From positions 37,376,001 to 37,440,000 of the forward strand of contig CP068257.2 in the NCBI GenBank assembly GCA_009914755.4: 64,000 nt of DNA, written 5' to 3'. Shown in pieces: positions 56,198-64,000 of this stretch. Each line of letters starts with the position of its first letter. Position 1 is the first letter of the stretch. Origin of the DNA: the human T2T-CHM13v2.0 reference genome, Homo sapiens. Under the pieces are notes generated by a model. It saw nothing but the letters and a program-made list of their open reading frames with translations. It was not told the origin of the DNA and did not search any database. Made by a program: the position numbers and the translations under genes.

Positions 56198-56512
56198 TTA
56201 TATTAGTCTGTTTTCATGCTGCTAATATAAGACATACCTGAGACTGGGTAATTTATAAAAGAAAGAAGTTTAATGGACTCACAGTTCCACATGGCTTGGA
56301 AGGTCTCAAAATCATGGCGGAAGGCAAAGGAGAAGCAAAGGTATGTCTTACATACGTCTCATGAGACATATTCACTATCACAACAATAGCACGGGAAAGA
56401 CCTGCCCCCATGATTCAATTACCTCCCATCAGGTCCCTCCCACAGCACGCAGTAATTATGGGAGCTACAATTCAAGATGAGATTTGGGTGGGGACACAGC
56501 CAAACCTTATCA
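56198..56512 (-). mobile_element. ERVL-MaLR solo LTR (THE1/MST-type)
   Basis: ttatattagtctgttttcatgctgctaatataagacatacctgagactgggtaatttataaaagaaagaagtttaatggactcacagttccacatggcttggaaggtctcaaaatcatggcggaaggcaaaggagaagcaaagg...ccatgattcaattacctcccatcaggtccctcccacagcacgcagtaattatgggagctacaattcaagatgagatttgggtggggacacagccaaaccttatca. Confidence 0.75.
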
Positions 56513-57904
56513 GAGCTATCCTAAGTAAAAAGACAAGAACCAACCCCCCATTCCCAAGGCATATTTTCTGTCTGCAGCTGGCCCTGGAAGAAAAGAATCT
56601 TCTATTTTGAGTGAGGTGAGGAGTTTTCATGAGTAGATGAGGCTGGACATACTAATTACTGAGCAGAGAGAGACTTTATGGAGAATGAAATGCCCAGAGA
56701 ATTTTTGATGATGAGAAAGTCACCAGAGGAACAAAGGAATCTGCCTTGATTTCAATCAAGGCGTCATGGAAGAGGAGCTCATCTCATGGGAACAACATGC
56801 AGAAAAGAATCCAGTTGTTTCCCTGTAGCCTATAAGTCCTGTCATTCACTGTTCTGGGAAAACCCTCCCTGGCCTGCAGGCTGGTTGACGAGTTGTTTGG
56901 AGGTTACCAGGGAAACGCCTCAAGGTGGGGCTTTCAGAGAACAGGAGCCACAATAGGGCCTCCGAGCTCAGGAGCCACAGCCGTGATACAGCCTCTGATA
57001 GTAAATTCCCTACAGGGATAAAAAGATAGGAGCCCTGGAGGGGATGATTCTTAAAGTCATTCTCACATGCAGTCGACATGCATGAGGTTGCCTGATAAAA
57101 TACAGGACACCCAGTTAAAGCTGAATTACAGATAAACAATGACTAATTTTTTAGTATAAGTACATCCCAAATATTGCAAGAAATGTATCTGAAATATATT
57201 GCAAAAAATAAAAAATTAGCACTGGTTATCTGAAATTTAATTTAACAAGTCATCCTATATTTTTACAGTTTTACTGAGTTATAATTTACATACTATTCAA
57301 CCCTACCATTTAAAGCGTACAATTCAATGCTTTTTAATATATTCACGAGGTTGTGCAACCATCGCCACAATCAATTTTAGAACATTTTCATCAGCCCCAA
57401 AGGAATCCACATCCATTAGTCACACCCACTCCCTATGCCAGCCCCAGCCCCAGGCCCTGACATCCACTAATCTACTTTCTGTCTCTAGAGATCGGCCTAT
57501 TCTGGACATTTTGTATAAATGAAAGCACACAACATGTGGTCTTCAGGAGTGGCTTCTTTGATTTAGCATGTTTTTTCAAGGTTCATCCATGTTGTAATAT
57601 GTATCAGTACTTCATTCCTTTTTATTGCTAAATAATATTCCACTGTATGGATACAACAGATTTTATTTATCCAATCATCAGTTGATGCACATTTGGGTTG
57701 CCTCCACTTTTTTGGCTATTATAATAAAACTGCTGTAAACACTTGTGTTTAAGTTTTTTGTAAACATATGTTTTCATTTATCTTGCATATATATATATAG
57801 GAATACAATTTCCGGGTCACATGGAAACTCTATGTTTAACATTTTGAGAAATTTCTAAACTGTTTCCCATAGCAGCTGCACTTTTTAAAAATATATATAT
57901 ATGC

Positions 57905-58165
57905 GGCCAGGCGCGGTGGCTCACGCCTATAATCCCAGCACCGTGGGAGGCCAAGGCAGGCGGATCACGAGGTCAGGAGATTGAGTCCATCCTGGCTAAC
58001 ACTGTGAAACCCCGTCTCTACTAAAATATAAAAAAAATTAGCCGGGCATGGTGGTGGGTGCCTGTAGTCCCAGCTACTTGGGAAGCTGAAGCAGGAGAAT
58101 GGCGTGAACCCAGGAGGCAGAGCTTGCACTCCAGCCTGGGTGACAGAGCGAGACTCCATCTCAAA
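57905..58165 (+). mobile_element. AluY-like SINE (CpG-rich, young-looking) with internal ~25-bp deletion in the right arm
   Basis: ggccaggcgcggtggctcacgcctataatcccagcaccgtgggaggccaaggcaggcggatcacgaggtcaggagattgagtccatcctggctaacactgtgaaaccccgtctctactaaaatataaaaaaaattagccgggcatggtggtgggtgcctgtagtcccagctacttgggaagctgaagcaggagaatggcgtgaacccaggaggcagagcttgcactccagcctgggtgacagagcgagactccatctc. It lacks gcagtgagccgagatcgcgccactgc. Confidence 0.9.
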
Positions 58166-58207
58166 TATATATATATATATGTACACATACACACACACAC
58201 ACACACA
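58164..58207. repeat. (TA)n(CA)n compound microsatellite at the Alu tail
   Basis: aaatatatatatatatatgtacacatacacacacacacacacaca. Confidence 0.9.
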
Positions 58208-58401
58208 TTCTCACTAGCAACATCCAAGGGTTCCAATTTCTTCACATCCTCACTACATTTATTAGTTTCTGGTTTTTTCATGATAGACATCCTGGTGGTG
58301 TGAAGTGGTATCTCATTGTGATTTTGATTTACATTTTTCTAATGGCTAACGAACATCTTTTCATGTGCTTATTGGTCATTTATGTATCTTCTTTTTCTTT
58401 T

Positions 58402-58757
<356 letters not shown>

Positions 58758-58946
58758 TAATTGAGTTGTTTATCTTTCTGTTATTGATTTTTAAGGGTTC
58801 TTTATATGTTCTGGATACTAGACCTCATCAGATATATGACTTGCAAATCTTTCCTCCCATTCTGTGGGCTGTCTTCTCATTTTCTTGATGGTCTCCTTTG
58901 AAACCCAAAACTCTTTCATTTTGATAAAGTCCAATTTATCTATTTC

Positions 58947-59261
58947 TTGTTGTTGTTGTTGCTGTTGTTGTTGTTGTTGTTGTTGTTTTGAGAGAGAGTT
59001 TCACTCTGTTGCCCAGGCTGGAGTGCAATAGTGCACTCCAGCAACCTCAGCCTCCCAGGTTCAAGAGATTCTCCTGCCTCATCCTCCCAAGTAGCTGGGA
59101 TTACAGGCGTGCCATCATGCCCAGCTAATTTTTGTATTTTTAGTAGAGACAGGGTTTTGCCATGTTGGCCAGGCTGGTCTTGAACTCCTAACCTCAAGTG
59201 ATCCACCCGCCTCGGCCATCCAAAGTGCTGGGATTACAGGCATGAGCCACCACACCTGGCC
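58947..59261 (-). mobile_element. Alu SINE whose tail has become a (GTT)n/(AAC)n microsatellite
   Basis: gttgttgttgctgttgttgttgttgttgttgttttgagagagagtttcactctgttgcccaggctggagtgcaatagtgcactccagcaacctcagcctcccaggttcaagagattctcctgcctcatcctcccaagtagctgggattacaggcgtgccatcatgcccagc...gggattacaggcatgagccaccacacctggcc. Confidence 0.9.
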
Positions 59262-60765
59262 TTATTGTTATTGTTTGTGCTTTTGGTGTCATAGCTAAGA
59301 AGGCTTTTCATGACCCGAGGTTATAAAGATTTACTCCTATGTCTTCTTCTAAGAGTTTTATAGTTTTAGCTCTTACACTTAGGCCTATGATCGATTTTGG
59401 TATACGGTGTAAGGAAGAGGTCCAACTTCATGCTTTTGCATGTGGGTGTCTGGTTGTGCCAGCACCACTTTTTACAGGCATCTGCTAAATCTGGCAACCC
59501 TAGGCAGAGGTTTAGCAACTGGAACAAGTGTAGGGCCTCTGTGAGCATCAGTGGGTTAGAGTTGATCTCTTCCAGGAAAATGTTCATTCTCTTCTTTCCT
59601 CTCCACATGAATCCACACCCTCCTTCAGCCCTTGGCCTTAAACACTAAGTGGAGGCTGGAAAGGAGAGACCACTGGGCCCAGCCTCTGGTGGCATGTGAT
59701 GACAGTGGTGCAATTGTTAATTTTATGATATTGACGTGGCCTTCATTGGAACCAGCTCTTGGCTAGGGCTCAACTATCTGGACTAATCTTCACTCCACTT
59801 TAAGTTTGGAGCCTAAATCCTGCAACAGCAACTAAAATTTATGAATGTTTCTCTTTCCTGGAACCAAGGCCCCTGGTCCAGGTCTCCTATATCTCCTCCA
59901 TTCCCTTTTAAGTTGTATCCTTAGCCATGATGACAGGCATCAGAAGGCATTCCCTCTGTTCAGGGCCTCTGAACCGAGCCAGTGGCAGCTCTTCCTGTCC
60001 CCTGCCACCTTGGTTCACAGAAATCCTCTTCCAGTCCCCTAGGCCGTCAGCCAAATTGCACAGTGAATTCTGCCTGTGAGAATTTAGAGAAACACTTGTT
60101 GGACTGTGTTCCTACAAGCAGGTGTTGAGGCTGCTCAACAGAATGTCTGTGAAAAGACCCAGCCCCCATTGCCTATGCCGTCCCCTTCCTGGCATTGAGC
60201 CTGAAAGCCAACCGGGCAATTTACTTTAAGGCTCAGACTTGACATGGCTCATAACTTTCTTCTGAGCCCATGAAGTTACTTCCCCAGACAAGCTCTGTCA
60301 TCTGCGTGAGATGACTTATCCATTAGCAAGGATGAATAATGCCTAAACACATCACTGGATCTTCCCCAAGCCCCGCTAGGGTATGGAGAACAAGGAATAA
60401 CCCTGCCTGCAGAGCTGGAATCAGGCAATCACCCACAATGCCTTGAGTCCTTGATTCATCCCTGGGAATCATGGCTGAACATGCAGCCCAGGCCCATCCA
60501 AAGCTCGAGGGATGGGGAGGGACAGCTACACATTCCAAAGAATTTGTGTCAACAGAAGCCTTGGTGTCTCTTAATGACCCTCTGGGATGAAGGCAGAAGA
60601 AGCAAAAATAGATCAACCCCCTCCATTAAAGAATGATTATTTTTTTCCTACCTTCATAGTGGGAAACATACTATTGAATTTGCACTTTATTAATGAAATG
60701 TATCATCAAGTTTACCTTTACTATGTGTATCAGTCAGGTTCTACCAGAAAAACAGATCAATTTCA

Positions 60766-61345
60766 TATATATGTGTGTGTGTATGTATTCACACATTCTG
60801 ATCATGTATATACACATCATATATATATATATACACACATACACACATAACACATAGGTACATACACACATAAACACACATACGTACACACAAATATATA
60901 TTACTATTATGTATATAAATATATATAAAATATACGTTATATAAATATATATTAAATGTGTATATATACACACATTCTGATCATGTATATACACATCACA
61001 CACACATACACATATATACATACACACACATAAACATACATACAAATACATCTATTACTATTATGTATATAAAATATAATGTATACTTTATAAATATATA
61101 TTAAATGTGTGTGTACATATACACATTCTGATCATATATATACACATACACACACATATACACACACATACATACACACACATATACACGAATATATATT
61201 ACTATTGTTTATAAATATATATTAAATGTGTATATCTATGGATTACTTTTTTATATATGAATATATATTACTATTATGTATATATATAATGTATATTTTA
61301 TAAATATATATTAAATGTGCATGTGTGTGTGTGTAAAATGTATGT
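60766..61345. repeat. Complex (CA)n/(TA)n microsatellite block organised as a ~160-180-bp higher-order tandem repeat (3-4 units)
   Basis: Seen directly: the landmarks cacattctgatcatgtatatacaca (60793, 60973; variant at 61133) and aaatatatattaaatgtgt (~60935, 61090, 61215, 61300) recur with roughly constant spacing inside CA/TA-rich sequence. It accounts for the Cys/Val/Tyr/Ile-rich ORFs at 60587-61051. Confidence 0.85.
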
Positions 61346-62744
61346 AGAGACAGAGGAGAGAGAGACTGATTTCAAGGACCTGGCTTACACGATTGTGGGC
61401 CCAGGCCAGGCAAGTCTGAACTCTGCAGGGCAGGCTGGCAGGCTGGATACTCTCGGGCAGAAGCTGACACTGCAGTCAGCAGATGGAATTTCTTCTTCCA
61501 CAAGGAAACCTCAGTTTGCCTCTTAAGGCCTTTCCACTGATTGGATGAGGCCCACCCAAATTATCAAGGATAACCTCCTTTACTTAAAGTCAACTGACTG
61601 CAGCTGTTAGCCACGTCGACACAATGCCTCCACAGCAATGCCTAGACCAGGGTTTGATTAAACAACTGGGTATTGCAGCCTGGCCACCTTGACACACAGA
61701 ACCAACCACGGCGCCAGAAATGCTTCTCTGTTGTTGGATAAGGTGCACGGGTGCAAGGTTTAGATGAAGCAGCTGAGACACACACAGGATGCGGAACCCG
61801 CTAAGTGACCCAAGGTAATGCAGACGTGAAAGGCTGAACTTGGAAGACTTGAAGGAATTATGAGCCAGGGCCCTGGACCAAACTTGCAGAGAACTCAGAG
61901 CTCACCCAAAGGTCCTCAAGCCAGGGCCAAGCATCGGCTCCCACACGCCAAATCCCACCCACTTCGGGTCTCCTCTTCTCACTACCCTCCCAGTTCTGAT
62001 CATGTCTGCCACCCGCTTAAAACTTCTCAACCCAAATTCCTTTGCCTGAGATGTAAGACCACTCAGACTCGGTCTTGGCCGGCTTTCCCAGCCCCCTCTG
62101 CTGCTGAGGTTAGCCCCCTTGACCGAGGCAGTTACACTGCAGAGTACATGCGGGGTCCCCCACACCCCAGCTCTGCCGCGTCCCAGCTCCTTTGCACGTG
62201 CTGTGTGAATTTCCCCTGAACACTCTTCTGGTTTTGATATGGGACTCATATTATCCTCAAAACCCACCTTAATCACCACTACACCTGAGAAACCCCCACA
62301 CCCTCTCCACCTAGAAGTCCCCCACTTGGGCAGGTGAGGGGCCCCTCCTTTGTGCTCCACTAGCTACATCCCTCCATCTGTTCGACATTCCTCTGTTCTT
62401 ACCACAGTATGATAGAACTATGCCTTTATAGTCAATAAGCTAAGATCGTAAGAAAACTAATTCATGCCCCTTCCTTTTTTATGGAATGAGAGCTACTATA
62501 GCCAGGGAGTCAGCAAACTAGAGCCCACAAGCCAAATCTGGCCCACTGCCTGTTTTTTTAAATAAAGTTTTACTGGCACACGGTCACACCCATTCACTTA
62601 TATATAGTTCATAGCTGTTCTCAGGCTAGAATGGCAGAAGTGAGTACTTGCCCAGATGGCCAGCAAGGCCTAAAATAACCACTGTCTGGCTCTTTATAGA
62701 GAAAGTTTACCAATCCCTGCTATGGACTCATCAGTGAGGTGATA

Positions 62745-62892
62745 GCTGGAAGATGAGGGTGGTGCCACTTCCCAGGGAAGTAGATACTTGATAATGAATG
62801 GGATTTCCACCATGGTACACAGCTACTTCATGACAGTTGCTCATCTAGAGAGGGCAGACCGGCATGCACTTGTTCAAGCTGGGAATGTCGCC
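62745..62892 (+). repeat. Left arm of an inverted-repeat pair (partner 63727-63866)
   Basis: gctggaagatgagggtggtgccacttcccagggaagtagatacttgataatgaatgggatttccaccatggtacacagctacttcatgacagttgctcatctagagagggcagaccggcatgcac...agctgggaatg is about 90% identical to the reverse complement of 63727-63866. Confidence 0.8.
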
Positions 62893-63726
62893 CTGTCAGG
62901 AACAGCAGGAATGGCAGCATGCTCTTTGGGTCTGGAGTTCCTCACACTGAGGGAGTTATAATAGCTGTGGGGTTTCCAGGACTGCTCGTGAAGATTTCAC
63001 TAACCCTGGCTTTGCCCAAGAAGGAGTAAGTGCTTCATGGAAAAGTCCCTGGAGGCAGAGTCTTGGATCCGGGAGCTTCCAATGTTTCTATGAATCTATG
63101 CAAACATGGCTTAACTGCTGGCTCAGTTCTTATTGACTTGAGGGCCTCAAGAAAACTCCAGGGAAGACGCCAGTGAATTAGAGGATCTTTCTCAAAGACT
63201 TTGAGATTCTCAAAAATCTGATGATGAACTGGAACATGTGACCATTTCATGGTGCTAGAGGTTATGGAGAAGGGGAGACCATGATTTCACTCCTCAAGGA
63301 AAAATCAGCCATGGAGGGTCAAGGAAGAAAGGGACAAACTCCTTCTTCCTCTCCCATCTTCAGATACCCAGGTCTCTGGGGTGGAGATAGCAAGACCTGG
63401 GGTTGGCTATGTCTTTGTAACCAGGGGCCCCATGAGTGGGACTGTCCTCCCCAAAGAGCCTGCAAGTGTGCAGTGACAGTAGCCGGAATCCACACAAAGA
63501 CGCATTCCAATGTCATTTTCCCCACTGGAAGGGGCTCTGCTTTCCAGGTTAGTGAATTACTCTCGTAATTGCAAGTCGGAACAAGAGCCCCAGGGGAGAT
63601 CTTCGTTTGGATGCCACCGCAGCATAACTGTAGCTGAATGCTGACTTGAAGTTCCAACTGTGGGACAGAGCCACACCGGCTGTGGGCGGGTCTCAGAGAG
63701 CTCAGCCACCCCAAAAGCTGAGACTG

Positions 63727-63866
63727 GTCAGCATTCCCAGCTCAGACATGCACAGGTTGGTCTGCCCTCTCTAGGTGGGCAACTGGCATGAAATAGCTGT
63801 GTACCATGGTGGAAACTCCATTCATTATCAAGTATCTACTTCCCTGGCACAGTCCTCATCTTCCAG
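63727..63866 (-). repeat. Right arm of the inverted-repeat pair (partner 62745-62892)
   Basis: cattcccagctcagacatgcacaggttggtctgccctctctaggtgggcaactggcatgaaatagctgtgtaccatggtggaaactccattcattatcaagtatctacttccctggcacagtcctcatcttccag. Confidence 0.8.
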
Positions 63867-64000
63867 TCTATTCAGAAAAATTTCCCCAGGATTCCAAATT
63901 ATTTGCAGAAACTGTGGCCATTTATCGCATCAATGCCATCTGCTCCCAAGGTTCACACAACGGAATCTGGCAAAATCACACACTGCTCAAGAGTGGGAAA

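Overview
This window is primate genomic DNA, most likely human or another catarrhine, not a prokaryotic locus. The evidence is in the sequence itself: at least 16 Alu SINEs, one of them AluY-like; several LINE-1 fragments, one nested inside another; three THE1/MST-type ERVL-MaLR solo LTRs; MIR fragments; a MER5A-like fragment and one hAT-like non-autonomous DNA transposon; many microsatellites and low-complexity tracts. The supplied six-frame ORF track is therefore uninformative. No ORF exceeds 250 aa, and the longest ones are translations of CA-, CT- or GC-rich low-complexity DNA or of Alu sequence. I found no CRISPR array, rRNA, tRNA or protein-coding exon I could support; exon calling in a eukaryotic genome is not possible from six-frame ORFs alone. 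The window looks intergenic or intronic. Its flanks are AT-rich and repeat-laden, and a GC-rich core at about 29.3-32.4 kb carries a weak CpG-island-like segment. The points worth a second look are all eukaryotic genome architecture rather than a novel defence or metabolic system. They are: a ~220-bp dispersed direct duplication with asymmetric CpG decay; an ~150-bp inverted-repeat pair with an ~830-bp spacer near the 3' end; an antisense L1 fragment nested in the A-rich linker of an older L1; an Alu carrying a small hairpin-forming inverted duplication; long structured microsatellites that could form H-DNA, G4 or Z-DNA; and a possible retroposed mRNA 3' end marked by AATAAA plus poly(A).
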